Source: Brevinema andersonii (GTDB taxonomy: Bacteria > Spirochaetota > DYKD01). Taken from it: DNA of 64,000 nt. Positions 30,172 to 40,277 of the stretch are shown here, in pieces (the first letter of the stretch is position 1; every line of letters starts with the position of its first letter). The translations under genes were made by a program, and so were the position numbers. The stretch is from NCBI GenBank assembly GCA_020722765.1, contig DYKD01000008.1:1304-65303 (forward strand). Reading direction: 5' to 3'. The notes below the pieces were generated by a model. It saw only the letters and a list, made by a program, of their open reading frames with translations, did no database searches and was not told the origin of the DNA.

Positions 30172-31719
30172 ATGGAAACTGAAATTCTTGTCATTGGCAG
30201 TGGCATCGCCGGTCTCACGTCCGCTGTCATGGCTGCTTCCCACGGTTTTAACGTAACTCTTGTCACAAAAAACATGGATCCGCTTGAAAGCAACACATAC
30301 TACGCACAAGGCGGAATTGTTTACAACAAGAATGAAGACTCTCCCACAACTCTTGTCACTGATATCATAAAAGCCGGAGATGGTCTTGTCAGCAGACCAA
30401 TCGCTGAAATCGTAGCAAAACAAGGTTATAAGATCGTTGACGACCTTCTCATCAGAAAAGCGAAAGTCCCTTTCAACAAGGAAAACAGCCATTTCCTTCT
30501 TACAAAAGAAGCCGCACACTCGCGTCGTAGGATCCTTTTTGCTGACGACGCCACAGGAAAATCAATCATTGAAAGCCTCTATAAATATGCATCTGCAAAC
30601 AAACGGATAAAAATCATTCCCAACAGTATTGCTATTGACATCCTCACTCTTGACCATCATACAGACGACATTAAGGCAGTCTATGAAAAACCAGAAGCCA
30701 TAGGGGCATACATCTATAATGAGAAATCCAGAAAAATAGAGAAAGTCATAGCCAAAGCGACGATCCTTGCCACGGGTGGAATCGGACGGATCTATAAGCA
30801 TTCATCAAATCCAGACATTGCCACAGGTGATGGAATCGCCATGGCAGCAAGAGCTGGCGCAAAAATCATAAATATGGAATACACCCAGTTCCATCCCACA
30901 ACACTCTACTCCCACCTCAACAAGAATTTTCTGCTTTCTGAATCCTTACGTGGTGAAGGAGGCATCCTCATTAACCAGGCAGGAAAGGAATTCATCAAAC
31001 ATCCCAAAGGTTCACTCGCACCCCGCGACGTAGTTTCACGCGCCATCAATGAAGAAATGATAGCTACACACAAGGATTTTGTCTATTTAGACCTGTCTCA
31101 CATCACAAAAGTGAACATCAAAGAACGCTTCCCTACCATATATAAGGAATGTCTCAAGCATAATATCGATATTACCAAAGACTTCATTCCTGTCGTTCCT
31201 GCATTCCATTTTTCCTGTGGCGGAATACGTGTCAATGAATGGGGGAAAACCAGTATTGGAAACCTCTTCGCTGCAGGAGAGTGTGCATGCACAGGACTTC
31301 ATGGTGCCAACAGGCTAGCGAGCACATCATTGTTAGAAGGCGCCACGTTCGGTACCCGCATTGCCCAATACATTGCAAACAACAGAAAGATTTACATGGG
31401 CAAAAAAATCCCCCCAGTACGCGACTGGGTCGCTAAACGTCTCAACACAAGCTCAGATCCTGTACTCATCAGGCAAGACTGGGAAACACTCCGTAACACT
31501 ATGTGGAACTATGTTGGAATTTCAAGATCAACACACAGGCTCAACCGCGCTATCCGTGATCTCAACAACCTTCATCTTGCCATTGAAGACTTCTACAGAA
31601 ACACGGTTGTCACAAAAGCCATTATAGAACTCAGAAACGCTGTCCAGACCGGTCTTATCATAACACATTCAGCCTGGCAAAACAAAGAATCACGTGGTTG
31701 TCATTACAGAGTAGATTAA
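30172..31719 (+). CDS. nadB: L-aspartate oxidase
   Basis: FAD GxGxxG motif (ILVIGSGIAGL), a fumarate-reductase/succinate-dehydrogenase flavoprotein fold, about 515 aa, and a C-terminal HYRVD motif typical of NadB. Confidence 0.75.
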   Translation: METEILVIGSGIAGLTSAVMAASHGFNVTLVTKNMDPLESNTYYAQGGIVYNKNEDSPTTLVTDIIKAGDGLVSRPIAEIVAKQGYKIVDDLLIRKAKVPFNKENSHFLLTKEAAHSRRRILFADDATGKSIIESLYKYASANKRIKIIPNSIAIDILTLDHHTDDIKAVYEKPEAIGAYIYNEKSRKIEKVIAKATILATGGIGRIYKHSSNPDIATGDGIAMAARAGAKIINMEYTQFHPTTLYSHLNKNFLLSESLRGEGGILINQAGKEFIKHPKGSLAPRDVVSRAINEEMIATHKDFVYLDLSHITKVNIKERFPTIYKECLKHNIDITKDFIPVVPAFHFSCGGIRVNEWGKTSIGNLFAAGECACTGLHGANRLASTSLLEGATFGTRIAQYIANNRKIYMGKKIPPVRDWVAKRLNTSSDPVLIRQDWETLRNTMWNYVGISRSTHRLNRAIRDLNNLHLAIEDFYRNTVVTKAIIELRNAVQTGLIITHSAWQNKESRGCHYRVD

Positions 31720-31721
31720 GA

Positions 31722-32099
31722 ATGTCTGACAAGGATCTTTTTCTCCAATATATTGAAAAAGGCTTCATTACTGACAAAGACAAAAAACAGACTCCCTCTC
31801 ATTCAAAAACCGTCCAGCAAACCAAAGGAAGATATGACAAGATTGTAGACTTGCATGGATTGAAACAGGTTGACGCAAAAAATATCCTTATTTTCGAGAT
31901 CGCTTTTGGGAAAAAATCAGGCATGAAAAAAATACTCATCATACATGGCCGAGGAAACAATTCCAAACAAGACAACAAAGCCGTACTGAAAACAATGACA
32001 CTTTGCTATCTTTCAGAAATGGTAGGGAAAATGATACAAGGATACAATCCTGCTCCTTCTTCTGACGGTGGTGATGGTGCAACCGTAGTCAGGTTTTAA
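31722..32099 (+). CDS. Smr domain protein
   Basis: VDLHGL...ILIIHGRGNNS is the Smr signature. The ATG lies immediately after the nadB stop. Confidence 0.55.
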   Translation: MSDKDLFLQYIEKGFITDKDKKQTPSHSKTVQQTKGRYDKIVDLHGLKQVDAKNILIFEIAFGKKSGMKKILIIHGRGNNSKQDNKAVLKTMTLCYLSEMVGKMIQGYNPAPSSDGGDGATVVRF

Positions 32100-32205
32100 G
32101 CCACGGATCAAGCCAAATGCCCTATAAATCTTTTCCTGATTTGCCTTTTGTCCAAATCAATAATATATTGGGAAGGATTGAAACGTAAACATTTTGGAGG
32201 ATTAC

Positions 32206-32445
32206 ATGATTGACAAGGAAAAAGTAAAGGATGCATTGGAACATATTCGTCCTATGCTACAGCAGGATGGTGGCGATGTTCAACTTATAGATGTCAAAGA
32301 AGATGGCACTGTTGTTGTTGAACTGCAAGGTCATTGTGGTGGATGCCCCATGTCCCAGATAACACTCAGCCAGGGTGTTGAGCGCATGTTGAAAGAACAG
32401 ATTCCTGAAGTGACCCGTGTTATTCGGTCACAAGAAATGGTGTAA
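32206..32445 (+). CDS. NifU-like (Nfu C-terminal domain) Fe-S protein
   Basis: About 80 aa with GHCGGCPMS (CxxC) in the Nfu/NifU C-terminal domain pattern. A GGAGG RBS is present. Confidence 0.7.
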   Translation: MIDKEKVKDALEHIRPMLQQDGGDVQLIDVKEDGTVVVELQGHCGGCPMSQITLSQGVERMLKEQIPEVTRVIRSQEMV

Positions 32446-32500
32446 GAAGATGTTACGGACTCCAAGCAATACGGGTTGAAAAACAGACAAGGAAACCGAT

Positions 32501-32806
32501 ATGGAAGATAATCCGATAAAAGATTTACAGGCATGGTATTCCAACCAATGCAACGGTTCATGGGAAAGCCTATATGGAATTACCCTTGAAACAACAGATA
32601 TTCCAGGATGGCGGATTGCCATTGACTTGGATGAAACCCTTGTTGCAGACAAGGACATGCCAGAAATTATTGAAGGGCAGGAAGGTGATGCAAATTACAT
32701 GTACTGCAGGAAGACTAATTCCCAGTTCCTTGCCACTTGCGCTCCCGGGCAGCTCAATAAAGTGATTACTTTTTTCCTGGAGTGGGCGACTATAAAAACA
32801 AAATAA
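32501..32806 (+). CDS. hypothetical protein
   Basis: 101 aa, acidic, with a W..Q/C.GSWE...GW.I motif. It may be a small immunity-like or DUF protein. No firm call. Confidence 0.3.
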   Translation: MEDNPIKDLQAWYSNQCNGSWESLYGITLETTDIPGWRIAIDLDETLVADKDMPEIIEGQEGDANYMYCRKTNSQFLATCAPGQLNKVITFFLEWATIKTK

Positions 32807-32815
32807 TCAAAAATC

Positions 32816-33862
32816 CTATGACTGCCTGTTTCTTCTCAGAGGTTTGAATCCTGGCGCCGTATATCTCCTGCTTTTTACCGTCCATGTCCAAGTTGATAAT
32901 TTCCTGACAAAAGGAATCTGGTGCAGCAGAAATAAAAACCTGTTAAAAAGAGTGCCTTCCAGAACTACAAGCGCAACAACACCTGAAAAAAAACATAGTA
33001 GATTAATAATCCAAGACCACGATGCTGTTACAAAACCAAGTCCTGATACACCATGCAAGAAAAACTTGACCAGAAACAGGACTCCAACAACCTGGAAAGT
33101 ACCGTGAAAAGCCAAAAGAAGCCAGGAAACCTGTATGGCTTTTTGCGGGCAGATATTGATGCATCTGTTACAATCTTCGCAGTTCCACCCCCAGTAAAGT
33201 TTCTTTGAAAAAAGCTTCATATACCTGATGTTTTCTGTAGGACATGTAGAGACACATAATCCACACTCATTGCATTTCGTATCAGCAATATAACACATCC
33301 CCATCATGAACCTTCCAATGCGAGAAAAAAGAAAATTCACTATGAATGAAATGGCTCCCTGAAAATTCGCTATTTTCTCCTTTTTCACCTTTCCTTCCAT
33401 AATATCATTGACTATGGCAGGAACAGTCTTCTCGGCTTCAGTAAGAACTACCAGAGCCTTAGCCTTTGGCATAGGCTCGACCATCTGAGTCCAATTGTCA
33501 GGACATGCTACCAACGAATTCCAGACAACATCAAAACCTTTCTTTCTCAGCATCCATTCGATCTGGACATGGGCAAAACCTGCATATCCACCCGCCGTAA
33601 AAACAACAGCTGCTTTAACACCCTTCACTTTTTCCATCTTTAGGACATACTGCAGGACATAATGAGGAGTAGAAAATCCAAGCACAGGAAAAACAAAGAG
33701 ATGCAGGTCAGACTTGGAAGACGCTTCTCCTGTTCCCATTTCCATATTACTGATAATCACCTCTGAGCCACATTTCCTAAAATTTTCTGCAAGAGAAAAG
33801 GCTATTTTCTGGCTGTTGCCTGTACCTGAAAAATAATGGACATGGATGTTCTTATACATCAA
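32816..33862 (-). CDS. flavodoxin-like + 2x[4Fe-4S] ferredoxin membrane-anchored protein (EFR1-like)
   Basis: N-terminal flavodoxin-like fold (HVHYFSGTGNSQKIA), two CxxCxxCxxxCP motifs, and a C-terminal hydrophobic helix. Confidence 0.5.
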   Translation of the reverse strand: MMYKNIHVHYFSGTGNSQKIAFSLAENFRKCGSEVIISNMEMGTGEASSKSDLHLFVFPVLGFSTPHYVLQYVLKMEKVKGVKAAVVFTAGGYAGFAHVQIEWMLRKKGFDVVWNSLVACPDNWTQMVEPMPKAKALVVLTEAEKTVPAIVNDIMEGKVKKEKIANFQGAISFIVNFLFSRIGRFMMGMCYIADTKCNECGLCVSTCPTENIRYMKLFSKKLYWGWNCEDCNRCINICPQKAIQVSWLLLAFHGTFQVVGVLFLVKFFLHGVSGLGFVTASWSWIINLLCFFSGVVALVVLEGTLFNRFLFLLHQIPFVRKLSTWTWTVKSRRYTAPGFKPLRRNRQS

Positions 33863-33951
33863 AATGCTCCTTGTTTTCCTTAAGCTTTCAATCCCTTACA
33901 TTCTAAAAAAAAATCAGTTCCATATATCCTGTGTTTATCAACCCTTCAACT

Positions 33952-34647
33952 TTAAAAAAAACCACGCCATGAACCCCGCAAGGTTTCCTTCAACAGGCTC
34001 TTGTCTAACTTAGAAAGATACTCCTCTCTTGGAATCAACTTTGCACCCAAAACCTTGAGATGACCTGTTTCCACCTGGCTGTCTATCAAGTCAAATCCTC
34101 TGGACAAAAGAAATGAAACCAGCCTGACAAGCGCAATTTTTGAAGCGTTGGGAACAGTTGTAAACATCGATTCCCCAAAAAACATTCCTCCCAAGGAAAC
34201 TCCATAAAGCCCCCCCACAAGGTTTCCATGCTTCCAAACTTCGATGGAATGTGCAAATCCCAGTTTATGCAGTTCGATGTAAGCATTTTGCATGTCACAA
34301 GTAATCCAAGTCGTGTCAACATGTTTTCCTTGAACCATCCTTTCGGCAGCACATCCAGTGATGATAGCTTCAAAAGAAGTATCTGCTGTCACAGTAAAAT
34401 CATCTTTATTGATGATACGTTTCAAACTTTTCGGACAATGGAATTCCTGGGGAACAAGAACAAATCTCGGGTCTGGAGACCACCAGATAATGGGATCATC
34501 CTCATTGAACCACGGGAAAATCCCTGAGGAATAGGCTTCAATAAGCCTTTGAGGGGAAAGGTCTCCCCCTACAGCAATGACACCAGACTTATCTGCATCC
34601 CTAGGATCAGGAAAATACGGTTCTAAAGGCAATTGATAGACAGTCAT
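33952..34647 (-). CDS. aat: leucyl/phenylalanyl-tRNA--protein transferase
   Basis: GIFPWF...PIIWWSPDPR...GLYG motifs, 231 aa. Confidence 0.8.
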   Translation of the reverse strand: MTVYQLPLEPYFPDPRDADKSGVIAVGGDLSPQRLIEAYSSGIFPWFNEDDPIIWWSPDPRFVLVPQEFHCPKSLKRIINKDDFTVTADTSFEAIITGCAAERMVQGKHVDTTWITCDMQNAYIELHKLGFAHSIEVWKHGNLVGGLYGVSLGGMFFGESMFTTVPNASKIALVRLVSFLLSRGFDLIDSQVETGHLKVLGAKLIPREEYLSKLDKSLLKETLRGSWRGFF

Positions 34648-34753
34648 TCCATAAAGTTAACAAAAAGAAGGGTTCTGCCAATAAAAAGATTTATTTTAAG
34701 CAGAATATTTTTTAAAAATATTTAAAAAAACTTGAAAATTTAAAATAAAGTGC

Positions 34754-34781
34754 TAAATTATCCTCATAGAGTTGACGATAA
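34754..34781 (+). promoter_or_regulatory. sigma28 (FliA)-like promoter upstream of flaB
   Basis: TAAA, a 16-nt spacer, then GACGATAA (consensus TAAA-N15-GCCGATAA), about 155 nt upstream of the first flagellin ATG. Confidence 0.4.
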
Positions 34782-34936
34782 CTCTGCTTTTTGATTTGAA
34801 TGGGTATAAGGTTAAATTCACTACAAGGAGGTGGTGATTCTTCAGGTTCTATCCATTTAGCATTTGCCCTGCTAGATGGCAAAGAGATGGGTAATAAGGT
34901 TCGATTTAAGGTATTAAGGTTAAAAACCATTTTTTC

Positions 34937-35806
34937 ATGGAGGAAGAAATGATTATTAACCACAATTTAAGTGCGATCAACGCAAGTCGAACTCTCAAGT
35001 TCACAGCTTGGGATCTCAACAAGAACCTCGAAAAATTATCCTCAGGGATGAGGATCAATCGAGCAAGTGACGATGCTTCAGGTCTGGCTGTTTCCGAAAA
35101 AATGAGGTCACAGATCAGAGGCCTCAGGCAAGCTGAAAGAAATGCTGAAGATGGCATTTCCTTCATTCAAACCACTGAAGGTTACCTTCAAGAAACGACA
35201 GATGTCCTTCAGCGAATCCGAGAACTTTCAATCCAGGCTGCCAATGGTGTTTATACTACTGAAGACAGAATGCAAATCCAAGCGGAAGTTTCCCAGTTAT
35301 CTGACGAAATAGATCGCGTGGCTTCGCAGGGTCAATTCAATAAGATGAACATTTTGACAGGCAGATTTGCCAATACTAGTATAGGCGGGTTGCCTACTGC
35401 TTCCATGTGGTTCCATATCGGAGCCAATCAGGATCAGAGAGTACAAGCCTATATCGGTACGATGACCGCCTTTGGATTGGGTATGAGGACTTCGAGTGGG
35501 ACAAATTTCTCGATTTCATCGATTGATGGCGCTAATTCCATGATTACTAAAATCGATGCAGCCCTTTTGAAAGTCTCAAAGCAGAGAGCTGATTTAGGGG
35601 CGTATCAGAACAGATTGGAATTTACAGCTAAAGGATTGATGATCGGATATGAAAATCTCCAAGCCTCTGAGTCGCGTATAAGGGATTCAGACATGGCAGA
35701 AGAGATGGTCGGTTTCACGAAAAACCAGATCCTCATGCAGTCCGGGACTTCCATGCTAGCTCAAGCGAACATGCTCCCCCAGACGATTCTCAAGCTCTTA
35801 GGATAA
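34937..35806 (+). CDS. flaB: flagellin (spirochete FlaB-type), copy 1
   Basis: [18 protein letters not shown]...[27 protein letters not shown]...QNRLEF...MLAQAN, 289 aa. Confidence 0.9.
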   Translation: MEEEMIINHNLSAINASRTLKFTAWDLNKNLEKLSSGMRINRASDDASGLAVSEKMRSQIRGLRQAERNAEDGISFIQTTEGYLQETTDVLQRIRELSIQAANGVYTTEDRMQIQAEVSQLSDEIDRVASQGQFNKMNILTGRFANTSIGGLPTASMWFHIGANQDQRVQAYIGTMTAFGLGMRTSSGTNFSISSIDGANSMITKIDAALLKVSKQRADLGAYQNRLEFTAKGLMIGYENLQASESRIRDSDMAEEMVGFTKNQILMQSGTSMLAQANMLPQTILKLLG

Positions 35807-35877
35807 TGCTGGGCAGACATTTTTCAAGAGAATTTAAAAAAAATTAAAATAATTATAGTCACCTAGGAGGGGAACTT

Positions 35878-36720
35878 ATGATTATTAATCACAATCTCAG
35901 CGCTATCTTCGCGCAACGCCAGCTGAAATTCAACAACTGGAATGTTGACAAGGATATGGAGAAACTATCCTCAGGGATGAGGATTAACCGCGCAGGCGAT
36001 GATGCTTCAGGTCTCGCTGTCTCCGAAAAAATGCGGTCACAGATTCGTGGCCTCAGACAGGCTGAAAGAAATGCTGAAGACGGCATTTCCTTCATTCAGA
36101 CTTCAGAAGGCTATTTGCAGGAATCGCAGGATATCCTCCAGCGTGTCCGCGAACTTGCCATCCAGGCTTCCAACGGAATCTACACTCCCGAAGACCGGGC
36201 ACAGATCCAGGTTGAAGTAGGACAGCTCGTTGAAGAAATGGCACGTGTTGCACGTGACGGCGAATTCAACAAGATGTCCATGCTAACAGGACGTTTCTCT
36301 GATGCGAACACAGGAGTTGCTGCAACAGCTTCCATGTGGTTCCACATCGGTTCGAACCAGGATCAGCGTATCCGCGCTTTTATTGGAGACATGTCTCCAA
36401 AAGGTCTCGGGGTGGAAAATCTTTCCATCAGCACTCCTGAATCATCCAACACGACCCTTGGTCTTGTTGACAATGCACTTCAGAAAATTTCCAAACAGCG
36501 CGCAGACCTTGGTGCTTATCAGAATCGCCTTGAATTCACAGCCAAAGGACTTATGACTGCTTATGAAAATATGCAGGCATCAGAGTCACGCATACGTGAT
36601 ACGGACATGGCTGAGATGATGGTCGATTTCACGAAGAACCAGATTCTCCAACAGTCAGGCACAGCTATGTTGGCACAGGCCAACCTAAAGCCACAGTCAA
36701 TTCTTGCCCTTCTGAGATAA
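35878..36720 (+). CDS. flaB: flagellin (spirochete FlaB-type), copy 2
   Basis: 280 aa, paralogous to copy 1. The conserved termini are identical and the central domain has diverged. Confidence 0.9.
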   Translation: MIINHNLSAIFAQRQLKFNNWNVDKDMEKLSSGMRINRAGDDASGLAVSEKMRSQIRGLRQAERNAEDGISFIQTSEGYLQESQDILQRVRELAIQASNGIYTPEDRAQIQVEVGQLVEEMARVARDGEFNKMSMLTGRFSDANTGVAATASMWFHIGSNQDQRIRAFIGDMSPKGLGVENLSISTPESSNTTLGLVDNALQKISKQRADLGAYQNRLEFTAKGLMTAYENMQASESRIRDTDMAEMMVDFTKNQILQQSGTAMLAQANLKPQSILALLR

Positions 36721-36740
36721 GGTTAAAAAGAACATTATAC

Positions 36741-36774
36741 AGGACAGGACGTAAGTTCTGTCCTGTTTTTTTTT
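36741..36774 (+). terminator. rho-independent terminator after flaB copy 2
   Basis: AGGACAG-gacgtaagtt-CTGTCCT followed by T9. Confidence 0.7.
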
Positions 36775-36842
36775 CTTTAGGATTTCTTCCTGATTCCGAT
36801 ACCATAGGAAGAGATCACTGTAATCCAAGGGGTGATTGAAGA

Positions 36843-37199
36843 ATGTTCAAACCCGTCTCTTCAGATATGCATGAATACACGGGATTCGCCATGAAAGATC
36901 CACTTGCGCAAAGCCAACGGACACGTCTGGCCATGGAACAGATCCAATCCAAACACGAATCTGTGCGTCAGGGCATAGACAAGAATTTGGACCAGGCACT
37001 ACGCAAGATTCAACATACGGCGGACATCTTCAACACCAAACTCAGCTTCAGCGTCCATCAAAACACCCATAGGATCGTGGTCCGTATTATTAATAGCGAA
37101 ACGAACCAGGTTATCAAGCAGATTCCCTCACAGGAAATCATCGATGTCACCGATCAAATCCAGAAAATTTTAGGAATGTTCGTTGACAGAACCAGCTGA
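36843..37199 (+). CDS. flaG: flagellar protein FlaG
   Basis: 118 aa. The C-terminal FlaG pattern (HRIVVRIINSETNQVIKQIPSQEIIDV) and its position between flagellin and fliD support the call. Confidence 0.7.
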   Translation: MFKPVSSDMHEYTGFAMKDPLAQSQRTRLAMEQIQSKHESVRQGIDKNLDQALRKIQHTADIFNTKLSFSVHQNTHRIVVRIINSETNQVIKQIPSQEIIDVTDQIQKILGMFVDRTS

Positions 37200-37220
37200 T
37201 AACCTCGTCTAGAGGAAACC

Positions 37221-39254
37221 ATGGCCGTAGGTGTATCAGGACTTTCATCAGACATTGACACGCAAGACCTCATCAACAAGCTGGTTGAAGTAGAAAAAAA
37301 ACCGCTCGCCCGGATGCAGGAAGAAAAAGAGATACTCAACCTTAAAGTTGAAGTTCTTGATGAACTGAACAAAAACCTCTCTATACTTAAGGAATCTTCT
37401 TACAAGTTATACGGATTGGAATCAGTATTCAGGGGAAAAAAGGCTTTTGGCGTGAATGAGGATTTCTTCACTGCTGTTGCCAATCCAAACGCCATACCTG
37501 GAAACATCAAACTTGAAATCATACAACTGGCTGCAAGCCACAGTGTGGCGTCTGCCCCTTTTCCAACAACTACTGAATTCAAAAAAGGCACTTTCCTGAT
37601 ACGCGTTGGAACAAACGAGAAAAGTATAGAATTTGACGGTGGCTCAGGAGAGCAACTCATCTGGTCCATCAACAAACAGGCAGGAGACTTAGTCGATGCA
37701 GGAATCATACAGGACACTGCAGATTCAAGTGTCCTCTCGCTTTCAGGGAAAGCCACAGGCAAAGACAATTACATCGACCTTAAAGATCCCGATGGGATTT
37801 TTTCAACAATTCCCCTGTTAAAAAAGAAAAAAAACTCCTCTTTTGATCTTGACCTTTCAACATTCAATATTTCTTCCCTTGAACCTTATGAAGGATATAA
37901 GACATCACTCAAGACTTTGGCAGGAAACGCATTTATTGACCAGAGTTCCTTGATCCTTGACAATTCTGCCAGAGAGATGACCATAGAAGAAACAAAGGCA
38001 GACATCAATACTGTCATGCAAGTGACATGGTTGATGAGGACAAAAACAAGAAAAATTGAAGAGAAAAAAGAAATCCAGAACAATACAGATTCCGAATCCC
38101 TTTTTTCCCGTATCTTTTCCGTTAAAGTGAAAGAGATTGAGATAAAGGGCGCTCCTTTTGCTCTCAATGTCCCTGAGGCAGAACCAGAAAATTCGACTGA
38201 AAAAAAACCTGTACCAAAAGAGAAAGAATCCGGAATTGGCATTGCCATGAAATCCGGAACTAAACGGATTGAAAAGCTTTTCCCCTTGGAATCCACAACA
38301 ACAGAAAAAACCGTTGAAATCCCGCTGGATAAAGGCTTTGACTCTTTCAACAGCATTATCTTCTATTCTGAAGATGATAATTCCGAACTTGTACTCAAGA
38401 AAGTCAGCATCATCAACAAGTCAAAAGGTGGAATGGAATTCGCGCAGACGTTCCAAGAACCAAAAAACTCATTATTCAAAGTCAACGACATAGATGTGGA
38501 ACGCTCAAAAAACAACAACATAGAAGACGTCTTAAAAAATATTTCCCTCAGCCTAAAACAGGTGACTGAAAAACCGCTCTCTTTCCATGTTGATTATGAC
38601 AAGGAAAAAATAGAGAACAATGTGACCCAGTTTGTGACAAACTACAACAAATGCCTGAACATGATGATGGATCTTCAGAAATCCAAGGAAGTGACAAAGC
38701 CTGGTGATTACGACAGGTCTGAAAGAGGTCTGCTTGCTGGAGACATTACGATCAACAACATCAGGAGCCGCATGCGAGCCATCATGATAGCCCCATACCC
38801 CACATCCATTTCCAACAGACTTGTCTTGCCCATGCAATTGGGCATTTCAACGGGTAAAGTCAACACTCCTATAGATGAAGTGAGATCTGGCTTTCTGAAG
38901 TTTGATAAAGAACTCTTTAGGAAGATTTTTGAAAGATATCCCCAAGCAACAGCAGAGCTTTTCGGTTCTGATACAGATGGAAATAAGATTATTGATAACG
39001 GCGTAGGATATACGATGTATGATTTCCTGATGAATGTGACACGTCCCAAATCGGGGATGGTTAACCTTATGGTAGATAAGATAAAAACAGACATTGATTC
39101 CAAGAAAAAGCAAATCAAGACAAAAGAGGACCAAATCGCTTCCTATGAGGAAAAACTCAAGGTACAGTTCCTGAACATGGAAAAGAACATGTCCGGCCTC
39201 AAGGCGCAGCAGAAATGGATGGATCAGCAGATGAACAACAAGAACAAAGATTAA
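37221..39254 (+). CDS. fliD: flagellar filament cap protein FliD
   Basis: N-terminal (GLSSDIDTQDLINKLVEVEKKPL) and C-terminal coiled-coil FliD regions, 677 aa. Confidence 0.8.
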   Translation: MAVGVSGLSSDIDTQDLINKLVEVEKKPLARMQEEKEILNLKVEVLDELNKNLSILKESSYKLYGLESVFRGKKAFGVNEDFFTAVANPNAIPGNIKLEIIQLAASHSVASAPFPTTTEFKKGTFLIRVGTNEKSIEFDGGSGEQLIWSINKQAGDLVDAGIIQDTADSSVLSLSGKATGKDNYIDLKDPDGIFSTIPLLKKKKNSSFDLDLSTFNISSLEPYEGYKTSLKTLAGNAFIDQSSLILDNSAREMTIEETKADINTVMQVTWLMRTKTRKIEEKKEIQNNTDSESLFSRIFSVKVKEIEIKGAPFALNVPEAEPENSTEKKPVPKEKESGIGIAMKSGTKRIEKLFPLESTTTEKTVEIPLDKGFDSFNSIIFYSEDDNSELVLKKVSIINKSKGGMEFAQTFQEPKNSLFKVNDIDVERSKNNNIEDVLKNISLSLKQVTEKPLSFHVDYDKEKIENNVTQFVTNYNKCLNMMMDLQKSKEVTKPGDYDRSERGLLAGDITINNIRSRMRAIMIAPYPTSISNRLVLPMQLGISTGKVNTPIDEVRSGFLKFDKELFRKIFERYPQATAELFGSDTDGNKIIDNGVGYTMYDFLMNVTRPKSGMVNLMVDKIKTDIDSKKKQIKTKEDQIASYEEKLKVQFLNMEKNMSGLKAQQKWMDQQMNNKNKD

Positions 39255-39273
39255 CATCAAAGGAAAACAAAAC

Positions 39274-40269
39274 ATGAACATCTATGTCAACGGCGAAAAG
39301 ATTGGATTTCAACTTGAAGGCGAAAAAAACTGTTACGACATCGCCATAGGCATACAGAAATGGGCAGAAACCCAGAACAAATTTTTAAGACAGATCATCA
39401 TAGAAGACAAGACCTACTATCAACCAAAAGAAGAACTGAAAAATATACCTGTCACAGAACAGACTGAAATAGGATTTACTGTGGTAAGCGCTGAAGTCCT
39501 TGCCTTAGAGGCTTTGAACGACACATTGACCTTTTTCACCAATCTCCGCAATCTGGACAAGGAAAATGTCACAGTCAAGGATGACCTGCCTGATGTCATC
39601 CAATGGTGTTCAAATGTCATAGCAAAATCAAAAATCATCATGAGACTTGATTATAACACACCCATAGAAGGAACAACCATCAACACAGAACTAGGAAAAC
39701 TGGATAATTTTATCGAGAAACTCAAACAAATGAAGGGACATGCTCAGGTCGACATAAAAAAAGCGATCCTGTCCGGAATAGACATTCCCTTATGGGAAAA
39801 AATTCTTACACAAGTCGTTGCAGAGGCTAAAAACAACGTGCCTGCAGAAAAGGCCAGTATCGAACCATCTGACATCATAAGAAAACTTCAGGCTGACAAT
39901 CTGGAAATCCCTGAAATCGTCATCAAAATAGAAAAAGTCTCTTCTGAATTGCATACAGGAAATGATGCTGAAGCCATGCAGAAATTGAACGAGATCAGCC
40001 AACGACTGGCGCAGATGATCCAGCACCTTCAGCTTTGCGACACCTTGATCCAACCAAGCATCGGTTCTATGGTCATTGACGAAGTGCGAACTGTAGGAGA
40101 CGAGCTTCTCCTCATGACTGAAATCTTCAAACAGATCATAGAAGGGTTTGACAACAAGGACATCATACTCATCTGCGACCTTCTGGAATACGAGCTTTCC
40201 CCGAAACTGCAGACACTTTCCCGCATCAATGAACTTGTCATCATGAAACTCAAGGAAAGCTATCACTGA
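39274..40269 (+). CDS. hypothetical protein downstream of fliD (position where fliS is usually found)
   Basis: 331 aa, acidic and predicted helical, with no recognisable motifs. It starts 20 nt after the fliD stop. Confidence 0.4.
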   Translation: MNIYVNGEKIGFQLEGEKNCYDIAIGIQKWAETQNKFLRQIIIEDKTYYQPKEELKNIPVTEQTEIGFTVVSAEVLALEALNDTLTFFTNLRNLDKENVTVKDDLPDVIQWCSNVIAKSKIIMRLDYNTPIEGTTINTELGKLDNFIEKLKQMKGHAQVDIKKAILSGIDIPLWEKILTQVVAEAKNNVPAEKASIEPSDIIRKLQADNLEIPEIVIKIEKVSSELHTGNDAEAMQKLNEISQRLAQMIQHLQLCDTLIQPSIGSMVIDEVRTVGDELLLMTEIFKQIIEGFDNKDIILICDLLEYELSPKLQTLSRINELVIMKLKESYH

Positions 40270-40277
40270 CACTTTCG

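Noticed and set aside
34906-36095. Minus-strand ORFs 34906..35166 and 35889..36095 ([16 protein letters not shown]...)
   Set aside because: These are shadow ORFs antisense to the conserved N-terminal regions of the two flagellin genes. Their mutual similarity simply mirrors the flaB duplication.
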